Positions 41,889 to 53,589 of a stretch of DNA of 63,360 nucleotides are shown here, piece after piece. How positions within the stretch are numbered: the stretch's first letter is position 1; the number at the start of each line of letters is the position of its first letter. The translations under genes were made by a program, and so were the position numbers. The stretch spans positions 3,320,484-3,383,843 of the forward strand of contig NC_069000.1 of the NCBI RefSeq assembly GCF_001194135.2, read 5' to 3'. Origin of the DNA: Octopus bimaculoides. Its lineage: Eukaryota. The notes beneath the pieces were generated by a model. It was not told where the DNA came from. It made no database searches and saw nothing but the letters and a program-made list of their open reading frames with translations.

Positions 41889-42209
41889 ATTTAGATACAT
41901 GCATGTGTATATACTTGTATTTGTATGTATGCGTATGTGAACAAATATAGTTTTAGATTTTTATAACTGACGCCGAAGCAGGGAAAGTACAGCTTCAGTG
42001 CATATCAGGAGAGCCAAGAAATAATCTATGCGATTCGGACGGGGCAATTACCACAATGTGATTACAATTTCTTCTTGGGGTTTCAAACATTCACTTGTTT
42101 AACAAAATGTAAGGTATATATATTCGTACAATCATAAATTCACCCATACGCACACGCCAACATGTACACATCCGCAAATATCCCGCACACATACAATGCA
42201 GATATCTTT

Positions 42210-42430
42210 TATCTCCGACCGGCGGTTTCAGTCAGATTGCGGCCTTTTTCTTAAGGGGATGTAAACACACTAACATTGTTTGTCAATACACACAACGGCT
42301 TCTTTCAGTTTTCATCTATCAAATCGACACAAAGTTTTAGTCGGTTAGAGGCAATAGAAGACACTTGCCTAAGGTACCACAGATTGAGATGGAAACTGGA
42401 ACTCTGTGACTGCAAAGTAAACATCTTACA
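42210..42430 (-). mobile_element. SINE family A, internally deleted
   Basis: ACAACGGCTTCTTTCAGTTTTCATCTATCAAATC...AATAGAAGACACTTGCCTAAGGTACCAC. Confidence 0.75.
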
Positions 42431-44309
42431 AAACAGTTAGACACACATACAATGTAAGCGTAGGTGAGTGTGTATATACATACATACATGTGTATATAGA
42501 GTATTCATACATACATACACCAGCATCAATCTCGTTATTTCCACATTATATATTCTCATTATCTTCCGCTTCCATTTTCAAAAGCCCTTCAACATACTTG
42601 AAACGTAATTTTATTTGAATAATTAGATTTATATTACGAAATCTAGACCCCATTTTCGCATCAAGTATTTTTTCTTAGTCTGCACCCACCCCACCCCGTA
42701 TATTTTGAATATTTCAAAGGAAATAACTTAAGTATAATTTTCCAAGTAAATACATATTTATGCCCGTGCTCAGTGGAGGTAATCCGGTATTTAATATTCA
42801 TAACTCGGAATATTGTTTCCTATAGAAATGAATTAAGATAGAGGAAGAGATATAGGTATAGATAGTTAGATAGATATAGGTAGCCATAGATAGATAGATA
42901 GGCATAGATAGATAGATAGATAGACAGATTTTTATATATTGTATATAGTTTGCTTTTAACTCCCGTCCGAATTATTTATAACGTTCCCATGATATATCTT
43001 CTTCCCAAATATAAAATATTTAACAGTTTTTCTGGTTAAATTTTATCACGGCAACCATAAATCTTATATTCTTATTTCTACTACCTTTCAATTTTGAACC
43101 ATACATTTATCCTCTTATACATTTCCATGCAAATATTCCGTAATATTCCAAAATATAGCAATTTCGAAAAATACTACGTTTCACCGAAACAGCTATCCTT
43201 ACGGGAAACACTACTTTAAAAACATTTTTTAAAGATTTTCGTTGCGCCTTGCAACCTTTTCAATACTTTTGACTTTATGTATAATGTGTGTGCGTGTGTC
43301 GGTGTGTGTATGGGGGGGGGGGTCTTCAGTCATAAAGGAGAAATAAAATTGCCGCAACTTCTTGAACAACCTGGACAAATTTTATTGCGTTCATATATGT
43401 GATGCTGTACATAAGCTAACTCCTCCATCTGATCGATATTGCCTGTATAGGTACTCATCTTGTAATTTGTTGTTGTTTTTTTTTTTTCACACCTCAGATC
43501 TCGAACTGATCTTCGATCAACGTGAAATGAAAGGACTTGAAATTAAGTGACTTACTCAAGTGAACACAACACACCGATTTGTACGTAAATCGAGGTGAAT
43601 TGGGATCGTGAATACAACACAGCCACTAGCCACGCACGCAGCTTCAAACACACACACACACACACACAAACAAACAACACTGTGTGTGTGTGTGTGTCTG
43701 TCTGTCTGAAATGGATTACGTATTGACAAAATTTATCCTAGATTACATTTATCCATATGAATGCAAGACAGGGTGAATCAGACAATCACAACTATGCTAT
43801 TGGGTGCCTTGTCACTTTCAAATCTAAATGCTATGTACTTTTGTTCATAATCACGCACGCACACGCCCACACACACTACACACGTACGCAAACAGAAACA
43901 CACACCCACCCACACACACACAAATTAGAACTCCATTGACAAGATAAGCACCCGTACTATTATTTCCCGTTCCAACTCCTCTTCTATTTTCAGATCACAA
44001 TGTTACTTTTGCTAGAATATAATAGTCAATATCGATTTGTTTTGGGTAGCCTCGAATCAATATATCTACGTGATAGATACAGTTCGATCGAATCGATAAT
44101 TGAACATAAATGATAATATTGATTTCTAAGCTGTAAACAAGGCCAAAATATATTTTCTTTGTCTTTTGTAGGGGTATTTTTGGCGGGAAATAGAAAGGGG
44201 TTAGCCGATTAATCCAACCTCAATAAATTACTGGTATTTATTCATCGTTTGTGTAATAATAAAATGAGAATGTTGACCTTGGTGTCATACAAAACCACAA
44301 AGTAAAAAC

Positions 44310-44525
44310 AGACAGATAGAGAGAGACAGATAGACAGAGACACAGATAGACAAATAGACAGATAGAGAGACAAATAGACAGATAGAGAGACAAATAGACA
44401 GACAGAGAGACAAATAGACAGACAGACAGACAAATAGACAGACAGACAGACAGACAAATAGACAGACAGACAGACAGACAAATAGACAGACAGAGAGACG
44501 GATAGATATATAGATAGATAAATAG
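44310..44525. repeat. (GACA/GATA)n compound satellite with ~20-bp GACAAATAGACAGAyAGAGA units
   Basis: Direct reading. Confidence 0.9.
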
Positions 44526-45234
44526 ATATTACGTTAGAGGCAATTAGAAAGGCTTTTATCTACATATAGTGGTACACACATAATTTGCATTTGAATCGAA
44601 TATATTTGTGAGGATAAAAGTTTTATTTCGTTTGCAGAATGTAGTTAAAAGTATTCCCTGCATGTTTCATTGCAAGAATGTCTATGTACTTGTGCGTGTT
44701 CATGTAACGTCACCATGGAAACCATTATAGTATTATCTGTGAAAGCTATTAAATGGCATAATGTCTCGTTAAAATCAAATTACTAATCAATTAGTTGAAA
44801 CTTTGTTTTAGTTACAAGAAAATTAGACACAATGGAAGCCAATGTGTGAAGACGCTATGTCAGAAACAGCAAACGTTATGTAAAGTTGGGAAAATCAATC
44901 ATAAGATGACAAATTAAAGAAGAACTTTAATTACTAGCGATCGTGAAAATGTTTTCCGAAGGTGTACAAGTTGAACTAATGGGGAATAGCGAAGTAGATA
45001 CTAGGGAGGTGTCTGTGAGAAGAATTGTTACAGGTTCAAAGCCAAATACTTCCTTAAATTGACGCAGGGAGCTACGTTCCCCTGAAGGAAATTACATATC
45101 GGTAGTTTGAAAGATATGCTAGCTGGAACGCAATGTACATGCTTATACAGAAATACACACACACCCATATATATATATATTTAGGAATAGACAATAGTTA
45201 ATGGCTAGCGGAAATTTGGCAATCTCTTTATTTT

Positions 45235-45330
45235 CTCGTGTTCCTTTCTGTTGAAGAGCGTAGGCTCGAAACGATAAAGACTATCTCACCTTCCCGAGCG
45301 TCAAACTGATAGACTTGTCTGTCTTTCTGT
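45235..45330 (+). mobile_element. Probable Penelope-like element terminal fragment with degenerate hammerhead-like core
   Basis: CTGTTGA-A-GAGC-GTAG-GCTC-GAAAC at 45248-45272: perfect 4-bp stem II between near-canonical hammerhead boxes. PLE attribution is inference. Confidence 0.45.
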
Positions 45331-46199
45331 AAATTTCAACTAACATAGACACACACACACACATACACACAAAGAGGCGCAGAAAGGTTCCTGGCTTTGG
45401 GTAATGGATAACTCAGCACCACATGACAGAGTTTCCTGGAAGTAAAGGACACGCCCATCTTATCACAAGTTTGGATGCGTCTTATTTGATTTTATATATA
45501 TATANNNNNNNNNNNNNNNNNNNNNNNNNNNNNNNNNNNNNNNNNNNNNNNNNNNNNNNNNNNNNNNNNNNNNNNNNNNNNNNNNNNNNNNNNNNNNNNN
45601 NNNNNNNNNNNNNNNNNNNNNNNNNNNNNNNNNNNNNNNNNNNNNNNNNNNNNNNNNNNNNNNNNNNNNNNNNNNNNNNNNNNNNNNNNNNNNNNNNNNN
45701 NNNNNNNNNNNNNNNNNNNNNNNNNNNNNNNNNNNNNNNNNNNNNNNNNNNNNNNNNNNNNNNNNNNNNNNNNNNNNNNNNNNNNNNNNNNNNNNNNNNN
45801 NNNNNNNNNNNNNNNNNNNNNNNNNNNNNNNNNNNNNNNNNNNNNNNNNNNNNNNNNNNNNNNNNNNNNNNNNNNNNNNNNNNNNNNNNNNNNNNNNNNN
45901 NNNNNNNNNNNNNNNNNNNNNNNNNNNNNNNNNNNNNNNNNNNNNNNNNNNNNNNNNNNNNNNNNNNNNNNNNNNNNNNNNNNNNNNNNNNNNNNNNNNN
46001 NNNNNNNNNNNNNNNNNNNNNNNNNNNNNNNNNNNNNNNNNNNNNNNNNNNNNNNNNNNNNNNNNNNNNNNNNNNNNNNNNNNNNNNNNNNNNNNNNNNN
46101 NNNNNNNNNNNNNNNNNNNNNNNNNATATATATATATATATATATAAACATATATAAACATATATATATATAAACATATATAAACATATATATATATAA

Positions 46200-46241
<42 letters not shown>

Positions 46242-46860
46242 ATGCATATATATCGTATCTTAAAGTGTAGGTATGAATGCTGCGTATGCTTATGAAGGTC
46301 CGTATGTCGCTCCGAGTTTATATACCTATCTGTTTGTAAGTTAATATATGCACGTCTAATTACTTGCTGTCGGCTTTGACAGAGAATATGACTAAACGAG
46401 TTTTCCGCTGTACAAGTGTAAAGATCAATGCTACGAAGAAGGAAGATGCCATGTGCTATTGCTGTAATTAACTGCCAGGTCTCAATCATTCACTGATGTA
46501 TATCAGCCGTTCATCGATTCTAATTCATAGACAGAGACAGCAGACAGGTCTCGGCTTAAGCATCGGTTCACGGCTTCTTACTTCACTGCTCAATACACGT
46601 TCTCTTTATAATGCTCTCTATGTATGCATATGTATTTTCGGTGTGATGTCTATACACGCAACACAGACATGTGAGTGCGTATGCGCGTCTATATATATAT
46701 ATATATGTATAAATAAGTGGGTGTGTCGTTTGTGAAAACTATAGGTCCGAAAGGAGCGTACTTCAGGATGCACGTCAGTATATATTACTTTATTCAAAGT
46801 GTATTGTTTGTGGAATAGCTGAGGCCAAAAACTCTTATTGGAAGGCCTCAACCATTTTTG

Positions 46861-46906
<46 letters not shown>

Positions 46907-47428
46907 GCATGCTGACTTCATTTTATATATGCTGGATGTCTAATCCAGCTATAAGTTTCATGCTTTAGATTATCAGGGACAAGCTATTTAAACTCACCCA
47001 ACTATAGTAATATATAAGCTTGAAACTTATACAAGTTCATTTTGTTTATGTATCTATTATGTATTTATGTGTGTGTGTAGTTGTTTTAATCATAAAAACT
47101 CAATGTATCAGAGACGAATATATTTAACCACTTGACATCCTCAGGATCACAGCTTAAATCCTAAGGGGGTAATAGCATTCATGGTTAAATAAATATATTA
47201 CTCATACTTCCAGATATTTTATGGTTTATGTATTCCTCATCAAGTAATTTCATTGATCGTATGTTCGGGGTCTCAAGTCCTTGGGCATTCTACATTACGC
47301 TTCTGTGTACTACATTACTGTGCGGTCTGATAGCCGTATTCGTTTGAGGATAACACGATTCCATGAATCCATATCTTATACTCTATCTAACAAACCAAGC
47401 CCTCCTCACATCATATTTACAATGTATA

Positions 47429-47640
47429 CGGCGGTGACCTGGCAGAATCGATTGTATGCCGAGCAAAATTCTTGGCAGCATTTCCTCCATCTCTACGTAC
47501 AGAGATCGAATTCCGCCAGTCAACTTTGCTTTTATTCATTTCGGTGTCCATAAAATAAATACCATTCGAACACTGGGGTTGATATTATCGACTTACCTTT
47601 ATCCATAACTTTGCTAACCATGACCCTAAATTTCAAATCA
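47429..47640 (+). mobile_element. SINE family B, full length
   Basis: GGCGGTGACCTGGCAGAATCG...GAATTCCGCC...CTTTGCTTTTATTCATTTCGGTGTCCATAAAATAAATACCA...ACTGGGGTTGAT. Confidence 0.8.
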
Positions 47641-47644
47641 TTAT

Positions 47645-47995
47645 ATTAACAATGTTTGTTAGACACACACGCATATATGTATGCCTTTCTTTCGCTGGGC
47701 TCAAATCTCATTTGAGGACTCATGAAAAACGAACCTCCACCGACTATTCTGCTTGTATATATTTGTGCACACGTTTCAATGCCGTGAATGCCATAAGGTC
47801 TGCAAATCTAATAGAGGCCTCAAATGACATTTTAAGATCCACAACGATCAGAACTTAACTGCAGCTCTTGGAGGTCCAAATTACATATGCAATCCACGTG
47901 GGTGTCTTTTCAATACATTTGTTTAAAAAGTCGCATCAGACGCCATGATGGATCTAAGCTCTAGGTACAAGAAGTGGTCAAACTCTGTATAAGGA
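47645..47995 (+). mobile_element. 3' end of an RTE-like LINE carrying three C2H2 zinc fingers (copy 2, frameshifted)
   Basis: Finger 1 ...VCLSFAGLKSHLRTH (ends ~47723); finger 2 CRECHKVCKSNRGLK*HFKIH (47780-47842, exact C-X2-C-X12-H-X3-H spacing); finger 3 CNPRGCLFNT...KSHIRRH (47888-47946, frameshifted); 47826-47995 is homologous to 7266-7438. Confidence 0.75.
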
Positions 47996-48788
47996 GTAGG
48001 CAACCACCAGGTATGTAGATATATACGTATACAAACACACAGCCTTATATAGTCGCAAACTTACGCGGGCACATGTAACTGTTTGTGGATATGTCGTTGT
48101 GTGCGTGCTTGGTCGTATGTAAGGGATTTGCGTTGAATATGGAGGGCGAGGGGATGTGCTGGTTGAACGGAAGCAGCAAATGTTATTCATTGAAGAATTA
48201 GTTTTAATTCGTTCGACCTCTGAGAATGTTCTCGCATCTGCTTACTCTATATTATGATTCGTTCCGATGGGGTTTGTTGTTCCTAGCCCTAATTGCTCTG
48301 AGACTAACACTGCAGAGAGGAAGAGACAGCGAGTGAGAGATAGGTAAGGGGAAGAGATAAACAAACAGACACACACACTGATATGATATACATATGTGTA
48401 TGTGTGTGTGTGTGTGTATGTAATATATATATATACATATATATATATATACATATATATATATATGTGTGTGTATGTGTATGTGTGTGTGTTTGTCTGT
48501 GCGCGCACACATACATACACACCTGCACACAAACGCATGCATAATTAAGTAGGTATGTGCACATATGTATAGGAATATACATATTTATGTACATGACATG
48601 TATGTAGAAACATACACGCTCATACTTATGTGTTTCTCTGTGTGTACGTTACAAGAATGAATTTGTAGGAGGTAAAAGCAGTCATTTTTTTCAATTACAA
48701 CATGAAATTTTTAACGTCAACGTGAAACCATTTATAACAATTATCTCACATAATTGTTTATATGTGTGTGTGTGTATACATATATATA

Positions 48789-48891
<103 letters not shown>

Positions 48892-48893
48892 TG

Positions 48894-49256
48894 GTGGAGG
48901 CGTGGCTGTCTGGTAAGAAGCCTGCTTTCCAGCCGCATGGTTCCGGGTTCAGTCCCACAGCATGGCACCTTGGGGTACTGTCTTCCACAATAGCCTCGCG
49001 CCGACCGAAGCCTCGGGTGAATTTGGTAGACAGAAACTGAAAGAAGTCCGTCGTATGTGTGTGCGTGTATCTCCCACCCTGGGTTGATAACCGATGGTAG
49101 TGTGACTACGTCCCCTGTAACTTAACGGTTCGGCAAAAAAGACCGATAGTATAAGTACTAGACTTACAAAGAATAAGTCCTGGATCGATTTATTCGGCTA
49201 AAGGCCGTGCTCCAGCATGGCTGCTGTTAAATACCAAACAAGTCAAAGAAAAGAAT
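48894..49256 (+). mobile_element. SINE family A, best-preserved full-length copy (tRNA head, CORE-like block, tail)
   Basis: GGAGGCGTGGCTGTCTGGTAAG (A-box), GGTTCAGTCCC (B-box), GCACCTTGGGGTACTGTCTTC (CORE-like), tail GTGCTCCAGCATGGCTGC...CAAGTCAAAGAAAAGAATA. Confidence 0.9.
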
Positions 49257-50135
49257 ATATATATATATAGTTTACAATAAAAGATAATTAGTCATGCCAT
49301 CTCGCAGCATTTTCAAACACGGACCAGCGCGAGCGTGAAACGAACGTGTTAACTATAGACCAATGATACGTAGAATGAATCCTAATACACTTATTACAGA
49401 ACAGAAAAAAAAAGAACACAAATAAATACAGCTCATCGTTTTGGTTGGAAAGGAAGCTAATAGTTATGAAACAGACGCAAAGGTAACGGATTCTGTGAGT
49501 TGTTAAAATAAACAAAGGAAACACAGGAATTACAAAAAGAAAACGTAGAATGTAAATTAAAAAAAACGGATCTACATTATGTCTCTGCTTTCTTAGTCTT
49601 ACCCAAAAGAGAATATACAAACAGACATAACAGAATTTGGTAGTTGCGTAAACTGGCCAATGTATCGTTGTTGCATCAGCCTCATAGTAAAGATATGGTA
49701 CATGCATACGCCACATGAGGTCTCTGAGAGCGACACCGGTGATCATACGAGGAGACATGCGAAATCACTCAAACTTGGAGATTAAATATGTCGCCCACAC
49801 ATTTTGTTTTTCTGACAGACCATGGGGGGGGGGAACAAAATAAAAATATATTTCGTAGTCAAAGATTAGACATAATGTAGTGGTAGGGGCGGATAAATGA
49901 AGCAAAGTTAAAGGAAACAAATATTCTGAAGAGAATACGTGAATAAAAATGAAATAAAGGAAAAAAAAAAAAAAACAGGAATGTATTTATGTATCTACGA
50001 TGTGGAGATTAAATATAGGAATAATCCTCAAAATATTAATAGGTGTCTTGGGAATGGTACGAAAAATATGAGATGCAGACTGACAAATACATAAGCAGCA
50101 TTGCACAACTTAGACATCTATTGACACATATATGT

Positions 50136-50198
<63 letters not shown>

Positions 50199-50232
50199 CG
50201 TGCGCACACACACAACTACAAACTTGCCTCCT

Positions 50233-50279
<47 letters not shown>

Positions 50280-50544
50280 ACACACAAAAACACAAATCAG
50301 TCTACATAGAAATATATTTATATATATCATTGTACATACTTAGCTATCTGCATACATAGGCAAAATAGAGAAAAAAATATAATACAATCCTTATGCAAGC
50401 TATATTCCCAGTAAAATTTCATATTCAAGTCACAGAAAACCAAAGAAAACTTCTGCATCTATGCAATGCACACAGATGAGCGGATATTTTGGCACTGAGA
50501 GTATACAACAAGAATGGAATGATAATAATAATAATAATAATAAT

Positions 50545-51050
50545 TACACATTATACTAAAGGCATAAAGCTTAAAATTTGGGGGTAGGTGTTAAGTTGAT
50601 TAAATCGATCCCAGGACTCAACTTGTCCTTAATTTGTTGACACCGAAAGGCTGAAAGGCAAAGCCGAGGTCGACTATGCTTTTCCTTCTTCTGGGGTCGG
50701 TAAATCAAGTACCAGTGAAACGTTGGTGTCGATGTAATCGAATTAATCCGTCTGTCTGTCCTTGTTTGTCCCCTCTATGTGTAGCCCCTTGTGGGCAGTA
50801 AAGAGATAAGAAACGTTATCGGTGTCGATAAATTAAATACCAGTTACATACTGGGGTCGATCTAATCGATTGGTTCCCTCCTCAAAGATCTCGGGCTTTG
50901 TGCCTAGAGTAGAAAATAATATCAGCTCTTTCTACAAGAGACAAAAACGTCCGAAATTTTGCCGAGAAAGACTTAGTCGGTTTCTTGGTGCCCGGTATTC
51001 AATTACATTTTGCTACTCGACCATGAGAGGAATAAATCTAAGCAACAACA
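50545..51050. mobile_element. Cluster of four family B SINE fragments in alternating orientation (-, +, +, -)
   Basis: Central-domain blocks GGGGTCGGTAAATCAAGTACCAG (+), GGTGTCGATAAATTAAATACCAG (+) and their reverse complements near 50600-50665 and 50920-51050. Confidence 0.8.
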
Positions 51051-51861
51051 TATACAATAACATGAGATCACCCCACCATACCACTAGCCCGATGATATGC
51101 AATTTATTTCAAAGATTAATAGTAATAGAAATAGTGGAGCTAATTAGCTAAGGGGTGCTACGTCTGCCATCACCCGATGCTTCTTTTCATATTTTGAGGC
51201 CATGTCTAGCGCATGGTTTGTAAGGCAGTGTCATTTCAAGCGTTTCGCATATCGACAAAATTATGAAGTTCAAAGCAAGATTCCTACGGGATAAAATATT
51301 CATTTGAAAATTGGCACGGCATCATTTATTGGGATTGACTCACATAGTTGTTTCTATCGGCTCCTCAAATTGATTTGTACTTATTCTATCGATTACCGAA
51401 AGATGAAAGAAACCGAGGTTTATAGCAGCTAAAAACTGCACGGAAAATTTTATTGAATGTTCTACTCATTCGTCATTGTAATGATCAAAAATTAAGTTTT
51501 ACGTCAGACGGGAAAAAATAGGTATTTTGATAAGAATTTGGTCGAAGAATTAGAGATAATTAAATGAGTTGTTTTACTTCAAGCTAATGAGGAGAGACTA
51601 TCGATTCAATAAAAGGAAGACATTGAGGTCCAATGAGCTGTTTTATCCAATGAATGAGCTAGACTTATAATAACTAAGTAAGCAAGCAGGACAAGAAAGA
51701 ACGTAACATTGCTTTACAAGGTTGTATCGCAAGGCTACCACGCTGGCTTACAAAGAGGTCGCTTTGAAAGCTGACTGACTTCTGCATTGTGAATAAAACT
51801 AGAGTATATAACTATAAAATATGCAGAAAGAGTAATGTATACATATATATCCACACTCACA

Positions 51862-51901
51862 AGTCTGATGAAGTCTAGTAGGCCGAAACTTTGCAGTCAC
51901 T
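51862..51901 (+). ncRNA. Type I hammerhead-ribozyme-like motif (putative, probably Penelope-like-element or retrozyme derived)
   Basis: AGT-CTGATGA-A-GTCT-AGT-AGGC-C-GAAA-CT-TTGC-AG-TC^ACT: CUGAUGA and GAAA boxes, stem II, stem III ACU/AGU, GUC cleavage triplet, 3-bp stem I AGU/ACU. Confidence 0.55.
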
Positions 51902-52034
51902 GGCAAAACTATTCTTGAAAACAAAATAGTATTAAATAATCCTTGAGTTTAATGTAAAACTGTCCTTAATGTAACTGCGGTACATCAAATATATGAGATG
52001 AATAAAGTTAAGATATGGTCTGGTTTTCACGTGT

Positions 52035-52253
52035 TTACGTCCGCCTTCGCTAAGGCGGAGGTATTGTTTTGCAATCGTGTTTGTTTGTCCGTGGACAAGA
52101 TTTCTCAAGAACCGCTAGATAGATTCAAATGAAACTTGCAGGTATGTTTGGTCTCGTGACAGGCACGGACCGCTTATATTTTGGGATCGATCTGGTACCG
52201 GACAAGGATTCTGGATTATTTCATTTTTTTTACTAAATTTTTGAGTGGCCGAG

Positions 52254-52255
<2 letters not shown>
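52035..52255 (+). mobile_element. Helentron/DINE-1-like (HINE-type) non-autonomous element, 5' part
   Basis: Subterminal hairpin CCGCCTT-cgct-AAGGCGG (52041-52058), then (GTTT)n/GTCCGT, then GATTTCTCAAGAACCGCTAGATAGATTCAAATGAAACTT; this layout is typical of DINE-1/HINE elements. Confidence 0.6.
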
Positions 52256-52291
<36 letters not shown>

Positions 52292-52614
52292 GCATATGCG
52301 TTTATATATATGTACGCATATGCGCTTTTATATATATATATATATATATTTATACACACACATATATATATTTATACACACACACACATATATACACACA
52401 CATATGTGTTTATATATGTATATATATATATACACACACACATACGCGATCACATTATATATATATATATAAGCAATACAAAACTCACTTCCCACGCGAT
52501 CCTTTCTGCACTTAGGATCTCTCTCTCTCTCTCTCTCTCTCCGTAAGGATGCTTATGTGCCTATGTGTAAACGAGCGTTTGTGTTTATGCGTGTATATAT
52601 TTTTCTAAGTATAA

Positions 52615-52722
<108 letters not shown>

Positions 52723-53399
52723 GTTACTATTAGAGAGTTCCATTTATAAGTGTAAAGTTGCGTCGCCTAGCTTTCGAGACTACACCTTGTGGAAACTTAT
52801 TTTTCAACAACTACTTTTTGTTTTGTTTTTTTCTTTTGCTCTTTGTTTTGTTCGGCTTTTCTAAAACAACTCTTTCTTCTGCATTTAGCGAACAGTTGCA
52901 TTGTTATCAGGTTTCACACATCTCTTCAAATCTTGCCAACAGCTGAAACTGTTCATGGCTTCACCATTTCTGTGTACCATCTGAAACGCGAAAAACTCTA
53001 AAAGTACATACTGACATATTCGATGTCAGTGAAACTAATAACCCCACTAAACAACCATTTCGAAACATTGCGAGCTTTTATTTAATACCTTGCAATTTTT
53101 GCTTTCCTTTTATTTTTGTATTTTTAAATGTAATCTTCTGTTTCGTATAATAGTGAATATTTTGTGGTTTTATGTATATTTTATTTAGTTATTTTATTCG
53201 TATATTCTATTGGTTGAAAGCAGATGTTCTTTGAGATATCTCGTTGCACGTTCTTCTGCCTATGCATATGTACAACATGTAAAACCTGATAACTTTACTA
53301 CGATATGCTAAATCTCAGGTATTGGATAGGCTTGCAGGAAAAGCTTTGCTATCGTCAAGGATTACGAGGTTTTCTTTCTTATTTATTTTCACTTATGCA

Positions 53400-53545
53400 A
53401 GTGTGTGGGGCTAAAAAGTTCGCTTTGCGATCTTGTAGCTTCGAGTTCAATCGAACTTCACGACACCTGGGAGAAGTGTGTCTTCCCATACAGGACCGAC
53501 CGATGTATTATGAGTAAATATGATAGATGGAAACTGTTGTATGTG
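53400..53545 (+). mobile_element. SINE family A head and CORE-like block, degenerate
   Basis: CGAGTTCAATC (B-box), GACACCTGGGAGAAGTGTGTCTTC, GATAGATGGAAACTG. Confidence 0.6.
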
Positions 53546-53556
53546 TGTATGTATGT

Positions 53557-53589
<33 letters not shown>

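Noticed and set aside
44180-44190. E2F-like TTTGGCGGGAAA, and scattered YY1-like AAnATGGCG motifs (e.g. ~12988, ~24525, ~38217)
   Set aside because: Isolated short motifs with no promoter context.
47124-47187. TTAACCA...TGGTTAA, a possible tiny piggyBac-like MITE
   Set aside because: Only 7 bp of inverted match.
49288-49758. 156-aa minus-strand ORF
   Set aside because: No recognisable domain; the C-terminal half is T-rich low complexity.
53010-53030. Small hairpins such as ACTGACAT/ATGTCAGT (others near 20963, 25432 and 46932)
   Set aside because: Stems of 7-8 bp are expected by chance in 63 kb.
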